Virus genome (UHGV): UHGV-0122598
Origin: a virus
Length of the DNA: 13,585 nt
Strand: one strand, 5' to 3'
Positions 1 through 8,899 of the stretch are shown one piece after another. Both the position numbers and the translations under genes were made by a program. Below the pieces are notes generated by a model. It saw nothing but the letters and a program-made list of their open reading frames with translations, searched no databases and was not told the DNA's origin. Position 1 is the first letter of the stretch. Every line of letters starts with the position of its first letter.

Positions 1-49
1 TTAGCAAGGTTGTGTACATTTGTACACAATTGCAGACAGAGGAAATGAC

Positions 50-586
50 ATGCGTCGCGCTAACGATCCGCAACGGCGAGAAAAAATTATCCAGGCCACG
101 CTGGAGGCGGTGAAACTTTACGGAATACATGCTGTTACGCACCGCAAAATTGCTACCCTTGCCGGGGTACCGTTGGGATCGATGACCTACTATTTTTCAG
201 GAATTGATGAGTTGTTGCTGGAGGCGTTCAGCAGTTTTACTGAGATTATGTCCCGGCAATATCAGGCATTTTTTAGCGATGTTAGTGATGCTCAAGGCGC
301 ATGCCAGGCTATCACCGATATGATCTACAGCTCACAGGTTGCAACGCCGGATAACATGGAGCTGATGTACCAGCTCTACGCGCTGGCTAGCCGAAAACCG
401 CTATTAAAAACGGTAATGCAAAACTGGATGCAGCGCAGTCAGCAAACGCTCGAACAATGGTTTGAACCCGGAACCGCCCGCGCGCTTGATGCGTTTATTG
501 AGGGGATGACGCTGCATTTTGTCACCGACCGTAAGCCGCTATCGCGCGAGGAGATTTTGAGGATGGTTGAGAGGGTTGCAGGGTAG
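50..586 (+). CDS. rcdA: TetR-family transcriptional regulator, RcdA/YbjK-like (178 aa); the ORF-track start at 20 is an upstream extension
   Basis: ORF 20..586; in-frame ATG at 50 preceded by GAGGAA (37-42); TetR-type HTH segment [19 protein letters not shown]; sequence recognised from memory as E. coli RcdA (YbjK), not database-verified. Confidence 0.75.
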   Translation: MRRANDPQRREKIIQATLEAVKLYGIHAVTHRKIATLAGVPLGSMTYYFSGIDELLLEAFSSFTEIMSRQYQAFFSDVSDAQGACQAITDMIYSSQVATPDNMELMYQLYALASRKPLLKTVMQNWMQRSQQTLEQWFEPGTARALDAFIEGMTLHFVTDRKPLSREEILRMVERVAG

Positions 587-610
587 TAGATAAATTTTAG
601 ATAACAAAAA

Positions 611-629
611 ACCCATTTATGTAAATGGG
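611..629. terminator. Perfect inverted repeat ACCCATTTA-TG-TAAATGGGT; rho-independent terminator, mainly for the leftward int/moron transcript, possibly bidirectional
   Basis: 9-bp perfect stem; A6 run on the + strand immediately upstream means a U-run follows the hairpin on the minus-strand transcript; lies between the convergent ends of the rcdA-like gene (586) and ORF 732..1217. Confidence 0.6.
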
Positions 630-731
630 TTAGAAATAACAATGAGTTGCAAGACAATCAATAAGTTAGGTTAGTGATAAGGAGTGGCGATTACGGGACA
701 ATGCCAACCGCTGCCGCCACTTTGTCGCCAC

Positions 732-1217
732 TTATACCGGAGATTTGTCATTTCCCCATAAAGGGAGGCTGGTGCTGAAGATTGCACGTTCGCAATCAGT
801 CTCAAGTTTCTTCTGAGCAACCTTTTGTGGGATAAATCGACACTGATTTGTGCGGCGGTCATACTTGATTTTAGCCTTTCCAATCTCAATAGCCCGCCAG
901 CCAATAGTACGATGTATTACAGCATCTATAGTCCTAAGACATCTCAGTTTACCCTGAATGAGGAACTTTTCTTCGGGATTAATTGTGCAGGTGAGTTCTC
1001 CTGAAAAAGTCCAATCACCTTCTGCTTTCTCTAACTGTATATGTATGAAATGTGGATAAGAAGTAGAGATGTCACCTTCATTGCCCCAATCAACTTTTAC
1101 CAAAGACTCATAGTTTTTTGTTTTAGATGATTGATAAATAGGTTGATATGCAGCAGGGATGATTACAACTGCCCCAACTGCAGCCACAACTGAAAAAAAA
1201 TCCGCAATGCCGGACAT
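732..1217 (-). CDS. Hypothetical membrane-anchored protein (161 aa), AT-rich moron downstream of int
   Basis: ORF 732..1217; N-terminal hydrophobic segment FFSVVAAVGAVVIIPAAY (one predicted TM helix) then a polar domain; about 42% GC by eye versus about 50% in flanking genes; co-directional with int, 40 bp downstream of its stop. Confidence 0.55.
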   Translation of the reverse strand: MSGIADFFSVVAAVGAVVIIPAAYQPIYQSSKTKNYESLVKVDWGNEGDISTSYPHFIHIQLEKAEGDWTFSGELTCTINPEEKFLIQGKLRCLRTIDAVIHRTIGWRAIEIGKAKIKYDRRTNQCRFIPQKVAQKKLETDCERAIFSTSLPLWGNDKSPV

Positions 1218-1257
1218 AGCTTTACTCTATTAAGGGAAGGTGCGCTATTTTAACGTG

Positions 1258-2301
1258 TTAGCTGTTTGCTTCAAGGCTCGTTGCTTTAGTGGAAAGTGTG
1301 GCTAATGGATTGAAACGCAGTGCTGTTTCAAGGTGATCAGGGGCAAGATGTGCATAGCGCATAGTCATTTTTATATCGTGGTGGCCCAGGATTTTTTGCA
1401 AAGCAAGAATGTTCCCGCCGGACATCATAAAATGTGCTGCGAACGTATGGCGTAGAACGTGGGTAAGTTGCCCGCGTGGTAGTACGATCGAGGTTCTATC
1501 CATCACGGCTAAAAACTGGAAGTAGCAGTCAGTAAATAATTTGAAGCCGTCTAGGGCAACAATTTCCTCATACAGCTCTTTGCTGATCGGAATGCTGCGG
1601 TTTTTTTTGCCCTTAGTTCTGACAAATGTGATTCGGTATTTCGTGACCTGAGAACGTGTCAGGTTCACAGCTTCGCGCCAACGTGCTCCGGTGCTCAAGC
1701 AGATTTTGACGACAAGAGCGAGCAGGGGGCTTTGGCGTTGACAGTCGAACAGAAGCTCTGTGATTTGTTCATGTGTCAGCCAGGCCATTTCTTTTTCGGC
1801 AATGGTGAATTTACGCATGTTCTCCAGTGGATTTGGTGCTGTCCATTCACCGAGGCGGGCTAACTCGCTAAAGACCCCACTCAGATAGCTTTGCTCCAGA
1901 TTGATAGTTACCGGGCTGGCTCCTTTCTTCCATTTTTCGCTGAAGTAGATTTCACCCGTCAGGCGCTTATCGCGATAGTGCGCGAACATTTTGGATGTTA
2001 GATCGGTGGCGAGGGGATTTCCGAGAGCATCGACCATCAGTATCAACTTGTCGTAAACATGCTCGCCAGCGGTCAGGGATTTGCCGTGCAGTTTGAACCA
2101 GAGTTCAACGATATCCTGTAGAGTTCGACGGTCTACCGATTCACCAAGCCAAGGCTTAGCTTCTGCCTCCTCCATCGTGTGACGCTCAAAAGCTAATGCT
2201 TCGCCTTTGGTAGCGAACTGTTTACGCACGCGACGCCCGCTGCGTCCGGCGGGGTAACATTCGCAAAGCCATTTCCCTGTGGTTAGTTTTCGTACTGCCA
2301 T
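1258..2301 (-). CDS. int: Phage tyrosine integrase (347 aa from the MAVRKL start)
   Basis: Tyrosine-recombinase catalytic signature HVLRHTFA ... MRYAHL near the C-terminus; ATG at 2301 preceded by GGAGGG 6-7 nt upstream; the ORF-track extension to 2457 lacks an RBS and would add 52 residues not expected for P2/186-type integrases. Confidence 0.9.
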   Translation of the reverse strand: MAVRKLTTGKWLCECYPAGRSGRRVRKQFATKGEALAFERHTMEEAEAKPWLGESVDRRTLQDIVELWFKLHGKSLTAGEHVYDKLILMVDALGNPLATDLTSKMFAHYRDKRLTGEIYFSEKWKKGASPVTINLEQSYLSGVFSELARLGEWTAPNPLENMRKFTIAEKEMAWLTHEQITELLFDCQRQSPLLALVVKICLSTGARWREAVNLTRSQVTKYRITFVRTKGKKNRSIPISKELYEEIVALDGFKLFTDCYFQFLAVMDRTSIVLPRGQLTHVLRHTFAAHFMMSGGNILALQKILGHHDIKMTMRYAHLAPDHLETALRFNPLATLSTKATSLEANS

Positions 2302-2489
2302 AAAAAATGCCCTCCAGTAGAGAGCATTTTCACTGTATGTATAACCAGTGTCAATGTATGAAATCCTACGACCATACATCTCACTGAAGCCATAATTAAG
2401 TTGGCTATTCTTTTTGCTATGTGAGCATGTAATTTTTGCGGTTAACCTGCGGCTCATTTTTATTTTAGGCGCAGATATAAAAGCAAAAG

Positions 2490-2681
2490 TTATCGTGAGT
2501 TTTTAGTACAGATTTTTTTGGATTTACTAATAGTTCCATCATTGCAAACAAATTTGCCATCTGAGGTACAGTGAGAAACACCTCCCTTTTTCCCTGAACA
2601 GGGATAATTTCTAGCATAGGTAGTTAGTGGGTTTAATAACAAAGAACATGACAAAACCACAAAAAATACCTTACCAAGCAT
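2490..2681 (-). CDS. Small secreted Cys-rich protein (63 aa) with a predicted signal peptide; moron inside the cI-int lysogeny operon
   Basis: ATG at 2681 preceded by GGGAGGA 6 nt upstream, 16 nt after the cI stop; N-terminus [23 protein letters not shown] is signal-peptide-like; mature part has 4 Cys (C-x8-C ... C-x11-C); ORF-track start at 2708 has no RBS. Confidence 0.55.
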   Translation of the reverse strand: MLGKVFFVVLSCSLLLNPLTTYARNYPCSGKKGGVSHCTSDGKFVCNDGTISKSKKICTKNSR

Positions 2682-2697
2682 AGTTTTCCTCCCGGTA

Positions 2698-3267
2698 CTA
2701 TTTAACATACTTGACTGTTAAACTTATAATTTTACCAATTATTTCAATGTCTTCTATCTTGCATTCGAAGGCTCTGTTTCCACCCTCGACGAAGATTCTT
2801 CCACCGGGTAAACGAGTAATGTCACGGATCGTTATTTCGCCATCAATACTTATTACCCATTTACCATCACGTATATCATCAAATTCCTTATCACAAATAA
2901 ATTCAGAATTATTATCTGTGATTGCAAAAAGATTCTTGAATGCCGACGGTAGAAATTCCCTATCGAAAATATAAAAACCGTCTTCACACAAGGCCCCATC
3001 AGATAATACATATTTAGCAACTTCCATAGTATTTGTATTTGCTGATGCTTGCTTTGAACCATGCCCTGTTGTTAGCCAATTAAGCGAGGTGCCCGTTTCA
3101 AGGGCGCACTGGATTACCCAATCTGCTGGAAAAATATCACGCATATAGCGCGTTGCCATGGTGCTCTTAGAAACACCTAAATGATCACAGAGAGCCTGAC
3201 GGGTACCGAACCCATATGCTTCAACTAAACGTTCTATGGCTTTCTTACCGCCGCTATTGAAATCCAC
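2698..3267 (-). CDS. cI: CI-type prophage repressor, 186 CI-like (about 189 aa from the GTG at 3267; the ORF track extends to a GTG at 3354)
   Basis: N-terminal HTH ([25 protein letters not shown] ... [17 protein letters not shown]) and C-terminal segment [36 protein letters not shown] resembling the 186 CI family as I recall it; GTG at 3267 has GGAGGA just upstream and gives a 186-CI-like length; start choice is uncertain. Confidence 0.75.
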   Translation of the reverse strand: MDFNSGGKKAIERLVEAYGFGTRQALCDHLGVSKSTMATRYMRDIFPADWVIQCALETGTSLNWLTTGHGSKQASANTNTMEVAKYVLSDGALCEDGFYIFDREFLPSAFKNLFAITDNNSEFICDKEFDDIRDGKWVISIDGEITIRDITRLPGGRIFVEGGNRAFECKIEDIEIIGKIISLTVKYVK

Positions 3268-3294
3268 AAGTCCTCCAAAGAAATCCAAAATTCG

Positions 3295-3323
3295 TTGACA
3301 GATTCCAAAAGCGATCTTAAAGT
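3295..3323 (+). promoter_or_regulatory. Candidate rightward lytic promoter (pR-like): TTGACA, 17-bp spacer, TAAAGT
   Basis: Perfect -35 hexamer at 3295-3300 and a 4/6 -10 at 3318-3323 with a 17-bp spacer, about 90 bp upstream of the Apl-like start; sits in the cI/apl switch region. Confidence 0.4.
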
Positions 3324-3412
3324 TGAACCAGAAGTGTCCTTTTGGAGCCTTCACTACTAATCACGACAAACAACGGCTCGCCACAAGCCATATCTAGAAG
3401 GAATGTTGCCTT

Positions 3413-3616
3413 ATGACACCTAACATTTCAATTACTCTGAATACACCACATGTCACAATCGAACGTTATAGCGAACTGACTGGCCTTTCTATTGATACGA
3501 TTAACGACATGTTGGCTGATGGCCGACTACCTCGTCATCGTCTTCGTAAAGACAAAAAACGTGAAAAGGTAATGATTAACCTGGCTGCTCTGACTGTTGA
3601 TGCTTTGTCTGCTTAA
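3413..3616 (+). CDS. Small HTH DNA-binding protein (67 aa), Apl/Cox-like excisionase or lytic regulator by position
   Basis: ORF 3413..3616, divergent from cI; AGGAA 10 nt upstream of the ATG; HTH-like segment [22 protein letters not shown] followed by a basic tail. Confidence 0.65.
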   Translation: MTPNISITLNTPHVTIERYSELTGLSIDTINDMLADGRLPRHRLRKDKKREKVMINLAALTVDALSA

Positions 3617-3680
3617 TAGACGTCTATTTTCGCAATAAGACGCTGAGTTCGATTTTGCGATAAGTTCGGAGTTGAAAACC

Positions 3681-4190
3681 ATGTTTGATTACCAAGTTTC
3701 CAAACATCCACATTTTGATGAAGCCTGTCGTGCATTCGCACTGCGCCACAATCTGGTGCAACTGGCAGAACGTGCAGGCATGAATGTGCAGATTCTGCGG
3801 AACAAACTGAACCCAGCTCAACCTCATTTATTAACCGCACCAGAAATTTGGTTGCTTACCGATCTGACTGAAGATTCAACGCTGGTAGATGGTTTTCTGG
3901 CACAGATTCACTGCCTGCCATGTGTACCGATTAATGAGGTAGCAAAAGAGAAACTGCCGCATTACGTCATGAGTGCAACTGCAGAGATAGGACGTGTCGC
4001 GGCAGGTGCGGTTTCTGGCGATGTAAAAACCAGTGCAGGCCGTCGTGATGCGATCAGCAGCATTAACTCTGTTACACGACTGATGGCGCTGGCTGCTGTT
4101 TCATTGCAGGCCCGTTTACAGGCTAATCCTGCGATGGCGAGTGCAGTTGATACCATGACTGGTCTTGGTGCTTCATTCGGTTTGCTGTGA
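3681..4190 (+). CDS. cII: Phage regulatory protein CII (169 aa), 186 CII family
   Basis: ORF 3672..4190 (TTG in the track); ATG at 3681 gives [19 protein letters not shown]..., matching the 186 CII N-terminus and 169-aa length as I recall them; position is immediately downstream of the apl-like gene. Confidence 0.8.
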   Translation: MFDYQVSKHPHFDEACRAFALRHNLVQLAERAGMNVQILRNKLNPAQPHLLTAPEIWLLTDLTEDSTLVDGFLAQIHCLPCVPINEVAKEKLPHYVMSATAEIGRVAAGAVSGDVKTSAGRRDAISSINSVTRLMALAAVSLQARLQANPAMASAVDTMTGLGASFGLL

Positions 4191-4197
4191 GGTGCTT

Positions 4198-4494
4198 ATG
4201 CTTACGAAAGAACCATCATTTGCATCGCTGCTGGTAAAACAAAGTCCGGCAATGCACTACGGTCACGGCTGGATCACGGGTGAGGATGGAAAACGCTGGC
4301 ATCCATGTCATTCACAAGATGAATTGCTGTCTGAATTGACCACGAGGAAACGGAGAAAGTCCAAATGTATGCGGCAGAAAGTGAAGTGGTTTATCAGTTT
4401 CGTTACAGAGGGGAGAGTTATTCAGTACCTGAAGATGATTTGCTCTGTTGCTATCCGTCATTGTCGGGCGATGGCAGTTACTTTTTCACGTTAA
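4198..4494 (+). CDS. Hypothetical early protein (up to 98 aa); C-terminal about 40 residues overlap the next ORF in another frame and look non-protein-like
   Basis: ATG at 4198 with GAGGTG upstream, just after the cII stop; N-terminal 57 residues look coding; the remainder (KVKWFISFVTEGRVIQYLKMICSVAIRHCRAMAVTFSR) is doubtful. Confidence 0.4.
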   Translation: MLTKEPSFASLLVKQSPAMHYGHGWITGEDGKRWHPCHSQDELLSELTTRKRRKSKCMRQKVKWFISFVTEGRVIQYLKMICSVAIRHCRAMAVTFSR

Positions 4495-4589
4495 AGGATG
4501 GGACGTTTTTACGGGGAGAGCAGGTTAAAGAGACGATACGAAAAAATGTATCTCCTCTTGAGCGTTACCGTAAGAACAAAGAACGATAG
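4365..4589 (+). CDS. Hypothetical early protein (74 aa)
   Basis: ATG at 4365 preceded by GGAGAAAG about 9 nt upstream; polar, acidic, protein-like composition. Confidence 0.55.
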   Translation: MYAAESEVVYQFRYRGESYSVPEDDLLCCYPSLSGDGSYFFTLKDGTFLRGEQVKETIRKNVSPLERYRKNKER

Positions 4590-4611
4590 CTGCGTTTGGG
4601 GGATATGAAGT

Positions 4612-4953
4612 ATGGCAATTAATGGCGCTGCAGCAACTGTTCCATTAAGCCCCGGTGAACGCCTGAATGGACTTAATCACATTGCGGAGTTAAGGGCGAA
4701 AGTTTTTGGCCTGAATATTGAGTCAGAGCTTGAGCGGTTTATTAAAGATATGCGTGATCCACGGGATATCAATAATGAACAAAATAAACGGGCACTGGCT
4801 GCCATATTCTTTATGGCAAAAATTCCAGCTGAACGTCATAGCATCAGCATTAATGAGCTGACCACTGACGAAAAGCGGGAGTTGATTAAAGCAATGAATC
4901 ATTTTCGTGCAGTGGTGAGCTTATTTCCCAGACGGCTAACCATGCCGAATTAA
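4612..4953 (+). CDS. Hypothetical phage early protein (113 aa)
   Basis: ORF 4612..4953 in the rightward early operon; no recognisable motif. Confidence 0.6.
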   Translation: MAINGAAATVPLSPGERLNGLNHIAELRAKVFGLNIESELERFIKDMRDPRDINNEQNKRALAAIFFMAKIPAERHSISINELTTDEKRELIKAMNHFRAVVSLFPRRLTMPN

Positions 4954-5020
4954 CCAACTAATGAAATTAATGGCGTAAACCCGCCGGGCATCCCTTTATC
5001 TAAATTCAGGAGAATTGATT

Positions 5021-5254
5021 ATGCGTAATATTGAAACCCTCACGACTAAAACCGGACCGGATGACGCAGGGCTTAATATTTTACTGACAGAGGCTCGTCT
5101 GGAAGAACGCCGGGCAAGGGCAGAAGCAATGGCAGCTCGCCTTGATAGCCTGGCGTGTCATATCACATCCCGCCAGCTAAACCACGTCGAAGCGGCAGAA
5201 CTACTGCGTGTAACTGCTGAAGCAATCCAGAACGAAGCGCAGGAGATCCACTAA
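5021..5254 (+). CDS. Hypothetical phage early protein (77 aa)
   Basis: ATG at 5021 preceded by AGGAGAA 8 nt upstream (track start at 5015 is TTG); stop overlaps the next start (TAATG). Confidence 0.55.
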   Translation: MRNIETLTTKTGPDDAGLNILLTEARLEERRARAEAMAARLDSLACHITSRQLNHVEAAELLRVTAEAIQNEAQEIH

Positions 5255-5481
5255 TGGCTGATGCAATGGATCTCGTACAGCAGCGCGTTGAAGAAGAACG
5301 CCAGCGCCATATTCGTGCTGCCCGTGCCAAAACACCGGGCGTGTCTCGCGTGCTTTGTATTGAATGTGAAGCGCCAATTCCGCCAGCACGACGCCGCGCC
5401 ATTCCGGGAGTGCAGCTTTGCATTACCTGTCAGGAAATCGCAGAGCTGAAAGGCAAACATTACAACGGAGGTGCTGTATGA
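5254..5481 (+). CDS. TraR/DksA-family C4 zinc-finger protein (75 aa)
   Basis: Two CxxC pairs (CIECEAPIPPARRRAIPGVQLCITC) in a small basic protein; this family is common upstream of gene A in P2/186-like early operons. Confidence 0.7.
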   Translation: MADAMDLVQQRVEEERQRHIRAARAKTPGVSRVLCIECEAPIPPARRRAIPGVQLCITCQEIAELKGKHYNGGAV

Positions 5482-6335
5482 GCACCATCCTGAAATGGGC
5501 GGGAAATAAAACCGCCATTATGTCCGAACTGAAAAAACACCTTCCTGCTGGCCCGCGACTGGTTGAACCTTTCGCGGGTTCCTGTGCTGTGATGATGGAG
5601 ACGGATTACCCCAGCTATCTGGTTGCGGATATTAATCCTGATTTAATCAACCTCTATAAAAAGGTTGCCGCTGATTGTGAATCGTTTATATCTCGCGCCA
5701 GAGTTTTATTTGAGATCGCAAACAGGGAGGTGGCTTATTACAACATAAGGCAGGAGTTTAATTACTCCACTGAAATTACTGATTTCATGAAAGCGGTATA
5801 TTTCCTGTATCTCAATCGTCACGGTTACCGTGGTTTATGTCGCTATAACAAGAGCGGGCATTTCAACATTCCCTACGGTAATTATAAAAATCCGTATTTC
5901 CCTGAAAAAGAAATTCGCGCATTTGCAGAAAAAGCCCAGCGAGCAACGTTTATCTGCGCCAGCTTTGATGAAACGCTGGCGATGTTGAAGGCGGGGGATG
6001 TGGTGTATTGCGATCCGCCGTATGACGGTACGTTTTCCGGCTATCACACTGACGGCTTCACTGAAGATGACCAGTATCACCTGGCATCTGTTCTTGAACA
6101 TCGGTCATCAGAAGGACATCCGGTCATTGTTTCTAACAGTGACACATCCCTGATCCGTTCGCTGTATCGCAATTTTACTCACCACTACATCAAGGCAAAA
6201 CGCAGCATCGGTGTGGCAGCTGGCGAGGGTAAATCAGCAACAGAAATCATTGCTGTTTCCGGGCCGCGCTGCTGGGTGGGATTTGATTATTCGCGTGGCG
6301 TGGATAGTTCTGCCGTGTACGGAGTACGTGCATGA
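5478..6335 (+). CDS. dam: DNA adenine methyltransferase, Dam family (285 aa from the MSTILKW start)
   Basis: N-terminal KWAGNK...EPFAGS (SAM-binding) and catalytic DPPY ([10 protein letters not shown]); ATG at 5478 preceded by GGAGG; ATGA overlap with the upstream stop; track start at 5418 is an extension. Confidence 0.85.
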   Translation: MSTILKWAGNKTAIMSELKKHLPAGPRLVEPFAGSCAVMMETDYPSYLVADINPDLINLYKKVAADCESFISRARVLFEIANREVAYYNIRQEFNYSTEITDFMKAVYFLYLNRHGYRGLCRYNKSGHFNIPYGNYKNPYFPEKEIRAFAEKAQRATFICASFDETLAMLKAGDVVYCDPPYDGTFSGYHTDGFTEDDQYHLASVLEHRSSEGHPVIVSNSDTSLIRSLYRNFTHHYIKAKRSIGVAAGEGKSATEIIAVSGPRCWVGFDYSRGVDSSAVYGVRA

Positions 6336-8746
6336 GTCATGCCGATATGAACAACTGCTGCGGCTTTAACGAAGCTGCCGCATCGTTCTCATGGAACAGC
6401 CCGAAAAAGGCCATTAACCCTTATCTGGACCCGGTGGAAGTTGCGCCGGTTTCTACGCTTTCAAACCTGATCACTCTGTACGCTGCCGATAACGAGCAGG
6501 AACAGCTGCGCCGTGAGGCGCTGAGTGATCAGGTCTGGGAGCGTTATTTCTTTAATGAATCCCGTGATCCTGTCCAGCGCGAAATGGAACAGGATAAGCT
6601 CATTAGTCGGGCAAAGCTGGCGCATGAGCAGCAGCGTTTTAATCCGGATATGGTCATTCTGGCGGACGTCAACGCCCAGCCTTCCCATATCAGCAAGCCG
6701 CTGATGCAACGTATTGAATACTTCAGCAGCCTGGGCAGGCCAAAGGCTTATTCCCGCTATTTACGTGAGACGATTAAGCCATGTCTGGAACGACTGGAGC
6801 ATGTACGCGACAGTCAGCTATCTGCATCTTTTCGCTTTATGGCAAGCCATGAAGGGCTGGACGGCCTGCTGATCCTGCCTGAAATGAGTCAGGATCAGGT
6901 GAAACGCCTGTCCACCCTGGTAGCTGCGCATATGAGTATGTGCCTTGATGCCGCTTGTGGCGATTTGTATGCCACCGATGACGTTAAGCCAGAAGAAATC
7001 CGCAATACATGGGAAAGGGTGGCAGCGGAAACCCTGCGTCTGGATGTAATCCCGCCTGCGTTTGAGCAACTCCGTCGGAAAAGAAACCGCCGTAAACCCG
7101 TGCCCTATGAACTCATTCCGGGTTCGCTGGCGCGTATGTTGTGCGCCGACTGGTGGTACCGGAAATTATGGAAAATGCGTTGCGAATGGCGGGAAGAGCA
7201 GTTGCGTGCTGTCTGCCTTGTCAGCAAAAAAGCATCTCCCTATGTCAGCTATGAAGCCGTGTTGCATAAACGTGAGCAGCGCCGTAAGTCGCTGGAGTTT
7301 TTCCGTTCTCATGAACTGGTGAACGAAGACGGCGACACGCTGGACATGGAGGATGTGGTAAACGCCAGCAGCAGCAACCCTGCGCATCGCCGCAATGAGA
7401 TGATGGCCTGTGTTAAAGGTCTGGAGCTTATCGCGGAAATGCGCGGTGACTGCGCCGTTTTCTACACCATCACCTGTCCGTCACGTTTCCATTCCACGCT
7501 AAATAACGGCAGGCCCAACCCGACCTGGACAAATGCGACGGTAAGACAAAGCAGCGATTATCTGGTCGGTATGTTTGCTGCATTTCGTAAGGCGATGCAC
7601 AAAGCCGGGTTGCGCTGGTATGGCGTGCGGGTGGCTGAGCCGCATCATGACGGTACAGTTCACTGGCACCTGTTGTGTTTCATGCGCAAAAAAGACCGCC
7701 GCGCCATTACTGCATTGTTGCGTAAGTTTGCTATCCGTGAAGACCGCGAGGAGCTGGGCAATAACACGGGGCCGCGCTTTAAGTCTGAGCTGATTAACCC
7801 GCGCAAAGGAACGCCGACAAGCTACATAGCGAAATACATCAGTAAGAACATTGACGGGCGTGGTCTGGCTGGCGAGATCAGCAAGGAAACGGGTAAATCT
7901 CTGCGTGATAACGCTGAATACGTGAACGCCTGGGCGTCTTTGCATCGTGTTCAGCAATTCCGCTTCTTTGGCATTCCGGGGCGTCAGGCTTACCGTGAAC
8001 TGCGATTGCTGGCTGGTCAGGCGGCAAGGCAACAGGGGGACAAAAAAGCAGGTGCGCCGGTACTGGATAACCCGCGCCTTGATGCCATCTTGGCTGCTGC
8101 TGATGCTGGTTGTTTTGCCACCTACATCATGAAGCAGGGCGGCGTACTGGTTCCCCGTAAATATCACCTCATCAGAACCGCTTATGAAATCAACGAAGAG
8201 CCGACCGCCTATGGCGATCACGGCATTCGTATTTATGGCATCTGGTCACCCATTGCAGAGGGCAAGATCTGCACTCATGCAGTGAAGTGGAAAATGGTTC
8301 GTAAAGCCGTTGACGTTCAGGAGGCGGCAGCCGACCAGGGCGCTTGCGCCCCTTGGACTCGTGGCAATAACTGTCCCCTTGCTGAAAATTTGAACCAACA
8401 AGGGAAAGACAAATCAGCTGATGGGGATACCAGAACGGACATTACCCACATGGATGACAAGGAGTTGCACGATTACCTGCACAGTATGAACAAAAAAGAG
8501 CGCCGGGAACTGGCTGCAAGGTTACGCCTGGTGAAACCGAAACGGCGTAGAGACTACAAACAGCGAATTACAGACCATCAACGACAGCAGCTCGTCTATG
8601 AACTGAAGTCCAGAGGATTTGATGGCAGCGAGAAAGAGGTCGATTTACTCCTTCGCGGCGGCAGTATTCCGTCAGGAGCAGGCCTGCGTGTCTTCTATCG
8701 GAACCAGCGTTTGCAGGAAGATGATAAGTGGCGGAACCTGTATTAA
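6332..8746 (+). CDS. A: Phage replication initiation protein, P2/186 gene A family (rolling-circle endonuclease, 804 aa)
   Basis: Large ORF starting with an ATGA overlap on the dam stop; GGAG 7 nt upstream; HUH-like motif VHWHLL and YIAKYISK segment typical of gpA-type replication endonucleases (family knowledge). Confidence 0.85.
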   Translation: MSHADMNNCCGFNEAAASFSWNSPKKAINPYLDPVEVAPVSTLSNLITLYAADNEQEQLRREALSDQVWERYFFNESRDPVQREMEQDKLISRAKLAHEQQRFNPDMVILADVNAQPSHISKPLMQRIEYFSSLGRPKAYSRYLRETIKPCLERLEHVRDSQLSASFRFMASHEGLDGLLILPEMSQDQVKRLSTLVAAHMSMCLDAACGDLYATDDVKPEEIRNTWERVAAETLRLDVIPPAFEQLRRKRNRRKPVPYELIPGSLARMLCADWWYRKLWKMRCEWREEQLRAVCLVSKKASPYVSYEAVLHKREQRRKSLEFFRSHELVNEDGDTLDMEDVVNASSSNPAHRRNEMMACVKGLELIAEMRGDCAVFYTITCPSRFHSTLNNGRPNPTWTNATVRQSSDYLVGMFAAFRKAMHKAGLRWYGVRVAEPHHDGTVHWHLLCFMRKKDRRAITALLRKFAIREDREELGNNTGPRFKSELINPRKGTPTSYIAKYISKNIDGRGLAGEISKETGKSLRDNAEYVNAWASLHRVQQFRFFGIPGRQAYRELRLLAGQAARQQGDKKAGAPVLDNPRLDAILAAADAGCFATYIMKQGGVLVPRKYHLIRTAYEINEEPTAYGDHGIRIYGIWSPIAEGKICTHAVKWKMVRKAVDVQEAAADQGACAPWTRGNNCPLAENLNQQGKDKSADGDTRTDITHMDDKELHDYLHSMNKKERRELAARLRLVKPKRRRDYKQRITDHQRQQLVYELKSRGFDGSEKEVDLLLRGGSIPSGAGLRVFYRNQRLQEDDKWRNLY

Positions 8747-8838
8747 TTACGCGGGTTAACAATTCGTGCTCTTAATAATACCAGGCATATCAGGCTGATG
8801 AACGTAAAAAAACGTTTTACATCAGTAAGATTATTATA

Positions 8839-8858
8839 TACTGTAAATATAAACAGTG
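8839..8858 (+). promoter_or_regulatory. LexA operator (SOS box) TACTGTAAATATAAACAGTG overlapping a candidate promoter
   Basis: Exact CTGT-N8-ACAG with AT-rich centre at 8841-8856; TTACAT -35-like hexamer about 20 bp upstream; about 45 bp upstream of the 8900 start. Confidence 0.7.
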
Positions 8859-8899
8859 GTTATCTATACAGTATTGTTTGTGGTGTCATAGGAGGAAAG

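Noticed and set aside
439-904. Minus-strand ORFs 439..657 and 671..904
   Set aside because: They are antisense to or overlap better-supported genes and intergenic terminator sequence, with no RBS and odd composition; likely chance ORFs.
1258-2457. Longer 399-aa integrase ORF starting at 2457
   Set aside because: The 52-codon 5' extension has no RBS and a non-integrase-like sequence; the ATG at 2301 has a strong GGAGGG Shine-Dalgarno and gives a typical P2/186 integrase length.
2711-3062. ORFs 2711..2974 (+) and 2853..3062 (-) inside the cI gene
   Set aside because: They are antisense or out of frame relative to the well-supported CI repressor gene, with low-complexity translations; likely spurious.
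3613-3840. Minus-strand ORFs 3613..3840 and 3624..3827
   Set aside because: Antisense to the start of the CII gene, which has strong homology support.
3962-4156. Minus-strand ORF 3962..4156
   Set aside because: Antisense to the CII gene, with a low-complexity Ala-rich translation.
5163-5460. Minus-strand ORFs 5163..5423, 5201..5389 and 5251..5460, and + ORF 5261..5449
   Set aside because: They overlap the TraR/DksA-type zinc-finger gene and the preceding ORF in GC-rich sequence, with Arg-rich translations typical of antisense frames.
5835-6101. Minus-strand ORF 5835..6101 inside dam
   Set aside because: Antisense to the Dam methyltransferase gene, which has clear catalytic motifs.
6461-8221. 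Several ORFs inside gene A on both strands (6461..6709, 6818..7069, 7062..7322, 7166..7387, 7499..8221, 7575..7793, 7947..8132)
   Set aside because: All lie within the 804-aa replication gene, which has strong family features; GC-rich sequence readily gives long alternative-frame ORFs.
8788-8807. Weak hairpin AACGT-AAAAAAA-ACGTT after gene A
   Set aside because: Only a 5-bp stem with an A-rich loop; too weak to call a terminator.
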